Assembly: GCA_964007735.1 (NCBI GenBank)
Contig: CAXGAI010000044.1
Span: 1-37,017, forward strand
Direction: 5' to 3'
DNA: 37,017 bases
Source: an uncultured Rhodopirellula sp.
GTDB taxonomy: Bacteria > Planctomycetota > Planctomycetia > Pirellulales > Pirellulaceae
Both the position numbers and the translations under genes were made by a program. Shown in pieces: positions 28,201-36,202 of this stretch (positions within the stretch are counted from its first letter, which is position 1; each line of letters begins with the position of its first letter). Below the pieces are notes generated by a model. It worked only from the letters and a program-made list of their open reading frames with translations, did not search any database and was not told the DNA's origin.

Positions 28201-28513
28201 AACGGAAGGTGACCTGTTCATTACCTTCGCTCAAGGGTGTGATCATTCCGTCGGATGAAACTGCGACATGCTGAAGATTACCTTCGACGTTGGACATGCG
28301 AGTCAGATCCGCAATCTGCCCACTTTCCAGATGTCCGATAATCAAGACCTGACGGTAATCCTGATTGTTAGTCAACTCAATCGACTTGGGAAGGATTTCA
28401 ACCGACTGGATTGTTAGGCCTTCCGGCAGCACCTCGACATCAGCTTCTTCCTGAGCTGAAAGAAGGCTGCTAAAAACAAACAGGAAGGAAAGTGAAAAAC
28501 TGAACTTCTTCAT
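25211..28513 (-). CDS. Exported DUF1549/DUF1553 (PSCyt2/PSD1) protein with Ig-like domains and heme-binding-type motifs
   Basis: Signal peptide, FVQDVQPVLSKMSCNAGTCHG..GKGGFKLSLRG, NYIDKHV, FVRRVYIDVTGLPPT, CNKCHDHPFERWTQ, VNRLWGYMFGSGIIEPIDD, RRLPAEVLFD, FGRPVRESACECER and DLAWALIN..AFLFNR. Confidence 0.9.
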   Translation of the reverse strand: MKKFSFSLSFLFVFSSLLSAQEEADVEVLPEGLTIQSVEILPKSIELTNNQDYRQVLIIGHLESGQIADLTRMSNVEGNLQHVAVSSDGMITPLSEGNEQVTFRFGDTTVQLAVKVTSIATPPSNFVQDVQPVLSKMSCNAGTCHGAKDGKGGFKLSLRGYDELYDHRAFTDDIGARRFNRAAPDQSLMLLKATGSIPHVGGVRTDVNSRYYKTIRAWITGGAKLDQEVSRVTSIDVFPKNPIIPRAGMKQQMTVMATFADGTVRDVSREAFIESGNIEVIEADANGLLTVLRRGEGPVLIRYEGNYAATTLTVMGDRSGFAWEEPEHYNYIDKHVYNKLQRVKVLPSDICSDEEFVRRVYIDVTGLPPTADNVREFLNDMRPSREKRNTLIDTLIGSQQYVEHWTNKWADLLQVNRKFLGEQGAISLRNWIKHSIATNKAYDQFAQEVLTATGSTIENPPASYYKVIRDPATLMENTTHLFLAVRFNCNKCHDHPFERWTQDQYYNLAAYFAQIGRKEDPAFQGQRIGGSAVEGATPLVEVVFDRGSGEINHALTGQVSPPTFPFEHDDTLETSAPRLEQLAQWMTSSSNQYFASSYVNRLWGYMFGSGIIEPIDDIRAGNPPTNPELLTAMTNDFVESGFDVQHIIKTILKSRTYQHSVNTNEWNEDDQINYSHAIARRLPAEVLFDSIHVACGSIPTIAGVPRGFRAAELPDVGIAVPFLDDFGRPVRESACECERSSSMVLGPIMKLVNGPTVANAIGDGANDLVKLEAEIKDDELLIEEVFLRFLSRYPTEQEIKIGQLALQDAGSDYLVLKAQLDKLEKIIPERQATWETAMQKTNRWLPVEVVSAETDKEAKLELQEDGSLLATGKNEIATYTVKLRTDLTNITAFRLETLVDDRLPAKGPGRPPNGNFVVSEFGVSIQNTNGEGEAQKIKLVSPSATFNQGGYSVAMAIDGNPNTGWAISPEVGKNQTAVFQTDGQVGFEGGALLTVMIVNNHSDNMHQLGKFRISVSDSPRPVTLNMLPADLATLLKTPVEDRNEEQKAALRAKYMETDREYTDMLAIVAAAKPQFDNKRLTGLQDLAWALINNPAFLFNR

Positions 28514-28580
28514 AATATTAATAACTAGTCCTTAAGACGGCCTGCTATAGGATTGATAGGTAATTTGTCTTAAATAGTGA

Positions 28581-29987
28581 TTATTCTTCTGCGCCGGCAA
28601 CGGTTGTTTCGATGTTGACCGGTACGAATGATTTGGTGATCTTGCCAGTGGCAACTTCAATCAGATGAACCTCGCCACTGAACCCAGCAGCCGCAACGGT
28701 ATTACCGTCCGGGTGGAAGGCAACCGCGAAGATCCCACCGTCTAAATCGATTGAGGAGATTTCCTTTGCATCTTCGTAGTTAGCGATTTTGACTTGCCCG
28801 ACACCATTGAAGCTACTTCCAGAAACGATGCGGGTACCGTCTTTGCTGAATTGTGTGCTAAAGATTCGACCCTCCAACGCGGGGTATGCTCGGATCAGAT
28901 TGAAGTCGTCACCGATTTTACGCGCTTTGTCGCGAAACATCTTATAGACCTTAGGCACTCCGTCAGCACCGCCGCATAGTAATTCGTCTTTGCCCGGATG
29001 ACGGTCCACACTATTAAGCCCGCCTTTAAGTGCACCCGGAGTAATACTTGTTACGTTGTCAATGAATCGCTGGGTTGGCACATTAATCAGCTTCATACTG
29101 CGGTCGCGACTGACTGTCACAAGATGATCGCCGTTGACGGAGAACACCGTATCAAGAACCCAACCGTTGTGAGCACCGTTGAAGAGAATTTCTTTACCAT
29201 CTGCAACCTGAATGGCATGCGTTGTGTTGTCCGGACATCCATAGGATATAAGGGTTCCGTCAGGGGACCAGTTAGCGCCGTAGAGTGTGTCATACCCTAT
29301 CGTTTGAGCGAACAGCAGGCTCTTACTGTTGATGTCCCACACCTGTAACTCTCCCATGCGTCCGGGAGAACCACCTGTAACAGCGATTTTGCCGGAGTCC
29401 GGAGAAAATCGAGCGGTTTCGATCCGTTCCGACATTCCGACCAGACGAGCCGCCAGGCCACTTCCATCGGCATGATGGACGAGTACTTCGTGGTAGCCTG
29501 AAACGGCGAGATATTTACCATCAGGTGAGTAATGCAGTGATGTAATGACGGGGGCTGCACTATAAACCGGAGGGTTATCCATTGAGAACTTGAGCTGGGT
29601 TGAGGCAGGAGCATCATTCTCCGCTCCCTGCTCAATCCATTTACGTATCAGATCAATTTCGACAACGGAAAGAGGCTTTTTTCCTTTTGGCATTTCAGCT
29701 TTACCATCGACCGGCGTAATGAGGCTGACCAGGTAACTTTCAGCCGGCTTCCCGGTTACGACAGCTGCCTCTTCAGATTCACCACCTTGAAGCAATAAGG
29801 CGAAGTCTGTCATGACATACTCACCACCTTTTTTGGCAGGCTGATGACAGCCCTGACAGTGGCTTTGAAAAATAGGACGAATGTCCTTGTAGTAACTGAT
29901 ATTCGCTTCGTCGTCTGCCATTGAGGTGACATTCCAGAAAGCGACAGTTAGGAGGGTAAGGGCTGAGAATAAGTATCGAATTGACAC
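28581..29987 (-). CDS. Exported planctomycete cytochrome c domain plus WD40-repeat protein
   Basis: Signal peptide, ISYYKDIRPIFQSHCQGCHQP (CxxCH), MP...WIEQGA (PSCyt1), then WD40 repeats (SPDG, FSPDS, VWD, FHPDG). Confidence 0.9.
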   Translation of the reverse strand: MSIRYLFSALTLLTVAFWNVTSMADDEANISYYKDIRPIFQSHCQGCHQPAKKGGEYVMTDFALLLQGGESEEAAVVTGKPAESYLVSLITPVDGKAEMPKGKKPLSVVEIDLIRKWIEQGAENDAPASTQLKFSMDNPPVYSAAPVITSLHYSPDGKYLAVSGYHEVLVHHADGSGLAARLVGMSERIETARFSPDSGKIAVTGGSPGRMGELQVWDINSKSLLFAQTIGYDTLYGANWSPDGTLISYGCPDNTTHAIQVADGKEILFNGAHNGWVLDTVFSVNGDHLVTVSRDRSMKLINVPTQRFIDNVTSITPGALKGGLNSVDRHPGKDELLCGGADGVPKVYKMFRDKARKIGDDFNLIRAYPALEGRIFSTQFSKDGTRIVSGSSFNGVGQVKIANYEDAKEISSIDLDGGIFAVAFHPDGNTVAAAGFSGEVHLIEVATGKITKSFVPVNIETTVAGAEE

Positions 29988-30191
29988 AGTATTAACGTCT
30001 CTTTTGAATAGGGCGGGATGAAAAACGTAGGCGTTCTCAACCTATTAATATACCCAGAAAAGCCGTCTTCGACAATTATTAGGATCTACCTATCAGACAA
30101 CCTAAAAGCACCATTTGTTAGTTTGTTTTTAGAATTTCTGATATCAAATTGGCAGCCATGAAACCATTTTGTTTTTTTCAAGGATGAGAGA

Positions 30192-30749
30192 ATGGAATCG
30201 ATAGCAGACGGGATGACAAATTCCTTTTGTAATCAGCTTACGGATGAGCTTGTGAGGCTGTGTCAGAGGCTCAAAAGTCGAAATATAACCGGCCAAATAG
30301 ATGCAATTGATATCGTTCAAATGGCCTGGAAATCGGCTTGGACAACACAGCACAGTGGGTTGTACGGCTGGGAACGAAAACGAATTCGAGGATATCTGAA
30401 GTCGATCATGTTAAATAAGCTTAAGGAAATCCATCGAGACTACCTGGATTTGGGAAAAAGAGATGTCCGAAGACAGATTCGTTTTGAGATTCCTACGATC
30501 GGTTCAAAACAAGATGTGGAGTCGGCCTATCATGCTAAATCTAACAGTAAGCAATGGGCAAAAGGGATGTTTGTGAGGCAAATGCTCACCGAAATAAGTG
30601 AGTCGGAAGCGAGAATTATCAACCTGAAGCTGGCTGGTTACACTTTAGCTGAGATATCTCAGCGAACCGGAATGAATCGTCGCAGTATTCAGCGAGCAGT
30701 TTTGCGTGTTCGAGATCGATTTGAAAATCGTTGGAGGAATCATCAATAA
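30192..30749 (+). CDS. ECF-type sigma factor (divergent, orphan)
   Basis: IDAIDIVQMAWKS (sigma2.2-like), KRDVRRQ, and a sigma4 HTH EARIINLKLAGYTLAEISQRTGMNRRSIQRAVLRVR. Confidence 0.75.
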   Translation: MESIADGMTNSFCNQLTDELVRLCQRLKSRNITGQIDAIDIVQMAWKSAWTTQHSGLYGWERKRIRGYLKSIMLNKLKEIHRDYLDLGKRDVRRQIRFEIPTIGSKQDVESAYHAKSNSKQWAKGMFVRQMLTEISESEARIINLKLAGYTLAEISQRTGMNRRSIQRAVLRVRDRFENRWRNHQ

Positions 30750-30870
30750 TATAGATTGTAGGAGAGATTGCTTTTAGTTTCTCGAAAGTTCTTCCGCGTT
30801 GGTTCTTTTCCTTTTAGGTGGGGAATGTTATCTGCGCGTGATTACAGCTATTGATGGAGATAACTCAGCC

Positions 30871-32274
30871 ATGAAAATTCACTTTCTGGGAGCTAACCGA
30901 CAGGTAACAGGTTCATGTTATTGTTTGGAAGCTGCGGGTCAACGTTTACTGATTGATTGTGGTCTTTATCAGGAACGAAAATTTCTCGGGAGAAACTGGG
31001 AGCCGTTGCCAATCAGTGCAAGCTCGATCAATGCGATTGTGTTAACTCATGCCCACATTGATCATATCGGTTTACTACCCCGTCGAGTTGCAGAAGGAAT
31101 GGATGCTCCTTTGATAATGACTCGACCAACAGCCGCTCTGGTAGATATTATGTTACGTGATGCAGCTAAGATTCAGGGAGAGGACGCGAAACAAAAGAAG
31201 AAACGGCATAAGCGAGAGGGGAGAACGCCCCCGCACGAAGTAGTGCCTCTCTATACCGAACAGGATGTCGAGAAGACATTGCCAATGATTAAATCGGTAC
31301 CCTATGCGCAATCTCAATCTCTTTGTGGTGGTGTCTTTGATATCACCTTTATGGAAGCAGGTCATATTCTGGGATCGTCAATGTTGGAAATTGATGTGCA
31401 CGAGAATGGTGAGACACGAAAAGTCATTTTTTCAGGAGATATTGGTCAATGGGACAAACCGATCATTCGTGACCCGACAATGTTTGAGCAGGCTGACTAT
31501 ATCGTTATGGAATCAACATATGGAGATCGCAATCACAAGGACTATGGTGATTGTGAGGACCAGTTAGCAGAAGTTGTGAATCGAACGGTCGAGCGTGGAG
31601 GCAACGTGGTGATCCCAACGTTTGCTGTCGAACGCAGTCAGGAATTGATCTATCACTTGAGCCGACTGAATCAATATGACCGAATCCCTTCGGTACCTGT
31701 TTTTCTTGATAGTCCGATGGCGGTTGATGTCACCAAGGTCTTTAGTAAATTCAAAGATTGTTTTGACCAGGATGCCTGGGACATGATCATTGATGGTAAG
31801 TCGATATTGGATTTCCCAGGGATGCAACTTTGTCGATCGCGAAATGAATCCAAGCAAATCAATGAATGCAACCAGCCCTGCATCATTATGTCGACCTCAG
31901 GTATGTGCAACGCAGGACGGATCAAATACCATCTGCGAAGCAATATTTCTGATCCGCGTAGTACGATTGTCTTTGTCGGCTATCAGGCACACGGCACTTT
32001 GGGGCGTGTGATTTCCAGTGGTACGAATCCTGTTCGTATTCATGGACGGGAATATAAAGTGCAGGCGGAAATAGTCCAGTTGTCAGGATTTTCAGGCCAT
32101 ACAGATCAACAAGGATTGATGGATTGGGTGGCGAACTTCAAAGAGCAGCCGAAAAAAGTGTTTTTATGTCATGGCGATGAAGATGCGGCACTAGAATTGT
32201 CCGATAGGATTTCTAATACACATGGTCTGCACGTAGAAATACCGGAATTTCAGCAGACTGTGGAGTTAAGCTAA
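30871..32274 (+). CDS. MBL-fold beta-CASP ribonuclease (RNA-specificity/Ysh1-like family)
   Basis: FLGA...VTGSCY, LIDCG, THAHIDH, AGHILGS, FSGDIG, MESTYG, IPTFAVERSQE and FSGHTD. ATG 30871 with GGAG RBS is preferred over TTG 30799. Confidence 0.93.
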   Translation: MKIHFLGANRQVTGSCYCLEAAGQRLLIDCGLYQERKFLGRNWEPLPISASSINAIVLTHAHIDHIGLLPRRVAEGMDAPLIMTRPTAALVDIMLRDAAKIQGEDAKQKKKRHKREGRTPPHEVVPLYTEQDVEKTLPMIKSVPYAQSQSLCGGVFDITFMEAGHILGSSMLEIDVHENGETRKVIFSGDIGQWDKPIIRDPTMFEQADYIVMESTYGDRNHKDYGDCEDQLAEVVNRTVERGGNVVIPTFAVERSQELIYHLSRLNQYDRIPSVPVFLDSPMAVDVTKVFSKFKDCFDQDAWDMIIDGKSILDFPGMQLCRSRNESKQINECNQPCIIMSTSGMCNAGRIKYHLRSNISDPRSTIVFVGYQAHGTLGRVISSGTNPVRIHGREYKVQAEIVQLSGFSGHTDQQGLMDWVANFKEQPKKVFLCHGDEDAALELSDRISNTHGLHVEIPEFQQTVELS

Positions 32275-32353
32275 TTGCTGTAAACTTAAAAACCGATAAG
32301 ATGGCAATCCATGGTACACGACAAACATCTTAGGATTTGAAGAGCTGATCTAT

Positions 32354-32923
32354 ATGGCGGATTGGTATTATCAAACTGAAAAAGGAGCAGAGGCGGGGCC
32401 TGTTTCAAATTCAGAACTAAAGAACCTTGTAAGTAGTGGCGCAGTCACACCTGACACGATGCTTCGTAAAGACGATGCGAAGTGGGTGAAGGCGGCTGCC
32501 GTGGGGGGATTGTTCGAAGCGGTCAAAGAGGCTGAAGTTCGAAACGTTTGTCCTTATTGTAATTCCACGGTCTTCAAAGTTCCCGGGAAGTGTCCTTCCT
32601 GTAACCGCGAGATTACGGTCTCGTTAAGAACCAAGGCAGACCTATCCAAAACAGCGACTGAGCCAATTGTGGAATCCCGTAGTGTTGCTGCTATCCAATC
32701 CGTCTTACGCGAAGAATCGCTAGCAGAAAGACGTTACATTGTTCTCTTTGCGGTACTCTGCGCTTTGCACTTGCCATTCGCTGGTTGGCTTTTCAATGCC
32801 ATTGAAGCTCGTTCCACCATCGTCTCATGGCTTGTCGGCGGCTGTCTGGTAGTTGTCAATCTGGCGGCAATTATCACTTTTATTCGAGCACGCAAATTTG
32901 CCCGGGAAGAAACCGATGGATAG
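32354..32923 (+). CDS. GYF_2 (DUF4339) domain, zinc-ribbon and two-TM membrane protein
   Basis: WYY....EAGPVSNSELKNLVSSGAVTPDTMLRK....W, then CPYC-x10-CPSC and two C-terminal hydrophobic helices. Confidence 0.8.
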   Translation: MADWYYQTEKGAEAGPVSNSELKNLVSSGAVTPDTMLRKDDAKWVKAAAVGGLFEAVKEAEVRNVCPYCNSTVFKVPGKCPSCNREITVSLRTKADLSKTATEPIVESRSVAAIQSVLREESLAERRYIVLFAVLCALHLPFAGWLFNAIEARSTIVSWLVGGCLVVVNLAAIITFIRARKFAREETDG

Positions 32924-32929
32924 TGTTTC

Positions 32930-33862
32930 TTACAGAGTTTCACCCACGTGATACTCACGATTTCTCAACAAGGTATTGGCGGTAAACAGAAAGATTAAGC
33001 AAAGCACAAACAGGCTGAACAAATCGCCCATGGTTGAAAACTGACTAAACATATTGGGGTCATTAATGAAGGACAATGCATTAGGTAGGTCACTTAATTC
33101 CCAACCCATCAATCGCAAGAAGATACTTCGTAAATAGAAATTGATCGTACCGGCATTCACCACTGCCGGTAACAAGGAAATGACTCCTTCTACAAGCAGT
33201 ACATAAATGATAGCTAGAATCATCGGCCGTTTATGCATGAGGGTTCCCAGCAGACAGAGCAGACTGCTGTAACAGAAACTGCTAAGAATCACTAAGATGA
33301 CCAGTGATAGCCAAAGTGGATAGGGCTTGGCTTTTTCAATTTCCACGATCTTATCCGTCCCAGCAACGTTATCGGTGGCTTCTGACCAAGTGGTGGATTT
33401 AGAAGAATCATCCGCGACAGAGGGAACGGTAATTGGTGGAGGAATGTCTCGATTAAGTTCGTTAAGACTTGTCGACGGAAAGACTAAGGCAATGGCTAAA
33501 AATCCGGCTATTATTGACCTCGTTACAGATACGAGGTATTTGCCCAGCATTATCGAGGTCCTTCCATGCGGTCGGACGGCCACATATGGCCATGTATTAC
33601 CTTCTAATTCAGCGTTCAAATAAGGTGCCATTGAACTAAGGATGGTCAAAAGACACACGGCTCCCGGGATCGTCCCCACGAGTAATACGCCTGAAAACTC
33701 AGTTGGTATTCCGTTACCTGCTTGATCAATGAGCAGTTGTAAAACTGTTGGAAATGCGATAACACAGACCCACAGGATTGTCGGTCCGAGTGAGAAGGAC
33801 TTCTTCAATTCATATCTAAAAACTGCCAAACTGCTACTTATTAACATTTTAACCGGCCTCAC
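32930..33862 (-). CDS. ABC-2 type transporter permease
   Basis: About six TM helices, ELEGNTWPYVAVRP....IMLGKY, and C-terminal REY. One-base overlap with the upstream ATPase stop. Confidence 0.8.
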   Translation of the reverse strand: MRPVKMLISSSLAVFRYELKKSFSLGPTILWVCVIAFPTVLQLLIDQAGNGIPTEFSGVLLVGTIPGAVCLLTILSSMAPYLNAELEGNTWPYVAVRPHGRTSIMLGKYLVSVTRSIIAGFLAIALVFPSTSLNELNRDIPPPITVPSVADDSSKSTTWSEATDNVAGTDKIVEIEKAKPYPLWLSLVILVILSSFCYSSLLCLLGTLMHKRPMILAIIYVLLVEGVISLLPAVVNAGTINFYLRSIFLRLMGWELSDLPNALSFINDPNMFSQFSTMGDLFSLFVLCLIFLFTANTLLRNREYHVGETL

Positions 33863-34797
33863 TATAGCTCGCCCCGATGCAATTGCATCAATTTCTCGAA
33901 AACCGAATCCAACGAGTCATCCTCACTTTGCATCTCATGGATCTTAAGCGAGTTTTCTGCCAAAATAGCTGGCAGTTGAGTGTAGAACGAGCTAGCATCG
34001 GTTGTGATAACATCCAGTCCTTCCTGATCCTCGTGAAGACCGATGCCGGAGACGTGGTCTAACTCTTGCAATGCTACTGCCAGAGTTGAAGCTTGTGGAC
34101 TGCGGATCCAAACATTCTTAGGGACATTGGTCATCAGATCGTAGATTTCATTGACCGTACCTGAGGCTAACAGTCGCCCCGTCATCATCAATAGAAAGCT
34201 TTCACAAACGGTCTCGACTTCGTGCAGGATATGACTGGATATTAGTAAACCACGGCCCTCTTGCACCCATCCGGTCAGCATATTGGTGAGTTCATAACGT
34301 GCGATAGGGTCTAGCCCAGAGAAAGGTTCGTCGAGTAAAAGTATTTCCGGCTCATGAGCTATTGCCTGTGCGACTTTGCACCTTTGCTTCATCCCCCGGG
34401 AATATTGATCGATCCCACGAACCCGGTCTGAGGCAGAAAGGCCGACTCGGTCTAATGCCTCATGAGCCATGTCCACAGCTACTTTGTGGCGAAATCCGAG
34501 CATTTCGGTATAAAGAGTAACCCATTCTAAACCTGTTGTTTTAGTCTGCAGAATATCTAGAGCGCTGCAAAACCCTATTCTTTTCAGTACGGATTCATTC
34601 TTCCAGGGGCGTTCACCCAAAATCCGAACCTCCCCAACGGTTGATTTGAGTTGTCCCGTAATGATATTAAGTAATGTTGTCTTTCCGGAGCCGTTCGGTC
34701 CCAGTAGACCATAGGCTCCACTCGGCAAATCGACACTCATGTCATTTACGCCAATCACAACGCCATAGAGTTTTGTAAGGTTTTCAATTTGCAACAT
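33862..34797 (-). CDS. ABC transporter ATP-binding protein
   Basis: GPNGSGKTT, YSRGMKQR, LLLDEPF and SSHIL. Confidence 0.95.
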   Translation of the reverse strand: MLQIENLTKLYGVVIGVNDMSVDLPSGAYGLLGPNGSGKTTLLNIITGQLKSTVGEVRILGERPWKNESVLKRIGFCSALDILQTKTTGLEWVTLYTEMLGFRHKVAVDMAHEALDRVGLSASDRVRGIDQYSRGMKQRCKVAQAIAHEPEILLLDEPFSGLDPIARYELTNMLTGWVQEGRGLLISSHILHEVETVCESFLLMMTGRLLASGTVNEIYDLMTNVPKNVWIRSPQASTLAVALQELDHVSGIGLHEDQEGLDVITTDASSFYTQLPAILAENSLKIHEMQSEDDSLDSVFEKLMQLHRGEL

Positions 34798-34813
34798 GCC
34801 TTCACCCTCCGTT

Positions 34814-36202
34814 CTAAACTCGAATCGGCGCGTCGACTCGACGGCGTAAGATAATTAGGCAAGCCAGACAAATCAGGCCCACCATGAGGAATGAAACATT
34901 GAGACTGCCGATTTGTTTTTCAATCCCGAATACCCAGGACTGCATATTTTCAAGTGTTTGCATCGGAGACAGCCAAGCCCAGCGTCCGGCAAGCCCTGTT
35001 TCGACAAAGACCATAGCTTGCTCACTTGGAATTATGTTTTGTTGTTCCTGAAGACGGATAATAGCTTCGACAGCAGTCATGATCGTATAGGCAATGCTTC
35101 CCATGATCCACACAGCAAACCAGCCAAAGGAAGCTAGACGGCTTTCGCGAGTTAACGAACTTAGTGTTAGAGCAAAGAGGGTCGTTGGAACACATAAAAT
35201 GACACTTGCTAACAGGATTTTAAATGGAAGGTCCCACGTGATGAAAAAGACAGAGGAGTCAGGTGAAAGTGATAACCCTAAGAGGTAGAGCATGAATGCA
35301 GGTAATGTTGTTAGTCCGACCAGAAATGCCCACACAACGGCACATTTTCCAAGTACATATTGCCAAGGAGTAATCGGACGAGAGTAGTACAGTAGAAAAG
35401 CTCTATTTTTCACATCCCGACTGATAAGTTTAGGAGCAACCATGCCAATTACGATGATCACTGTAAAGGCTTGTGGTAAACGGAAGAAGAGGAATAGTAC
35501 TTCGGACCAAAGTGTAGGTCTCAGGTAGTCCACTAATTCACGGAAATCGATTATTTCGTTACCGTCTTTATCAAACGCCAGTAGATCAGCAGCGACCGCT
35601 TGAGATTTTTTGATTGAACTAAAGGATTGCTTATAGAGTGGTGTTGGAGGTCCGCGTCGAGACTGGAAAGAATTTCGGAACTGCTCCATCATATTGTTGT
35701 TAATAAATTCATATGCCAATTGTAATTGTGTATCTGACATGTCGACGACGAACTGCAGGTCTTTTATGGAAAAATCGATCCCCCCTCGCATTATTTGTCG
35801 ACGTGAGGTTGGACGTGGTTTTTGCACGCCGTTGTTATTGCTTGGTTCATTACCATTGATAAGATTTGCTAAGAATCCAGTGAGTGCATCGGCCTGCTTA
35901 CTGAATTGAGTCATCATTGTGAGATTACTAATCTCCGGACGTTGATACACAATAGCTGCCACAAAAAAACGCCCAACATTTTGTGGAAATTCATCTGAGT
36001 CGATGTCCTGAATGGATTGCTCAATAACGAATAATCCTGCCCCCATAATGAAGATAGGAATCCAAGCCATGATGAATATGCGTTTTAACCAAGTACTTCG
36101 CCAGGCGACTCGAATTCCAAACCCAGCAATGGTTCGCCACTGTTGACGATTCCGCGTAGGAGCTAAATCCCACTCCCGATATCCCAGATCATTGATAGCC
36201 AT
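34814..36202 (-). CDS. ABC-2 type transporter permease with a large extracytoplasmic insert
   Basis: DLGYREW N-terminus, LISRDVKNRAFLLYYSRPITPWQYVLGK, about six TM helices, and a roughly 170-aa polar region after TM1. Confidence 0.82.
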   Translation of the reverse strand: MAINDLGYREWDLAPTRNRQQWRTIAGFGIRVAWRSTWLKRIFIMAWIPIFIMGAGLFVIEQSIQDIDSDEFPQNVGRFFVAAIVYQRPEISNLTMMTQFSKQADALTGFLANLINGNEPSNNNGVQKPRPTSRRQIMRGGIDFSIKDLQFVVDMSDTQLQLAYEFINNNMMEQFRNSFQSRRGPPTPLYKQSFSSIKKSQAVAADLLAFDKDGNEIIDFRELVDYLRPTLWSEVLFLFFRLPQAFTVIIVIGMVAPKLISRDVKNRAFLLYYSRPITPWQYVLGKCAVVWAFLVGLTTLPAFMLYLLGLSLSPDSSVFFITWDLPFKILLASVILCVPTTLFALTLSSLTRESRLASFGWFAVWIMGSIAYTIMTAVEAIIRLQEQQNIIPSEQAMVFVETGLAGRWAWLSPMQTLENMQSWVFGIEKQIGSLNVSFLMVGLICLACLIILRRRVDAPIRV

